64,000 nucleotides of DNA from Octopus sinensis (Eukaryota), in assembly GCF_006345805.1 (NCBI RefSeq), contig NC_042998.1, positions 181,722,001 through 181,786,000 on the forward strand. Reading direction: 5' to 3'. The position numbers were made by a program, and so were the translations under genes. The notes below the pieces were generated by a model. The model searched no databases. It saw nothing but the letters and a program-made list of their open reading frames with translations, and was not told where the DNA came from. This document shows, one piece after another, positions 63,948 to 64,000 of this stretch (position 1 is its first letter; the number at the start of each line of letters is the position of its first letter).

Positions 63948-64000
63948 CAATTTAGCTTGTAGATATTAGTTTGGTTTCACATTCACTAACATGCTCGAAA

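Overview
AT-rich eukaryotic genomic DNA dense in (TA)n, (CA)n and (GAT)n microsatellites and interspersed repeats. The repeat families suggest an octopod cephalopod; this is inference and was not checked against a database. The one well-supported protein-coding gene is a CREBRF/REPTOR-family bZIP transcription factor on the + strand. Six GT-AG exons (34349-35651, 41079-41186, 45117-45507, 45742-45815, 47336-47482, 49189-49340) splice in frame to 724 codons plus stop. Two candidate phase-0 first coding exons lie upstream (8828-8866 and 12477-12509). The rest is mostly transposon debris: an L1/Tx1-type 3' end, RTE-clade LINE remnants (one with three C2H2 fingers), DD37D, DD34E and mariner remnants, several MITE families, two tRNA-headed SINE families, an abundant RTE-tailed repeat, and Penelope-like fragments with hammerhead-ribozyme-like motifs. 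The most notable structures are an apparently exact 1387-bp tandem duplication of a Penelope GIY-YIG plus hammerhead segment in the putative first intron, long intronic hairpins near coding exons, a uORF overlapping a candidate start codon, and a 27-bp minisatellite split by a MITE. I found no clearly new multi-gene system. The findings are mostly RNA-structure and regulatory hypotheses.
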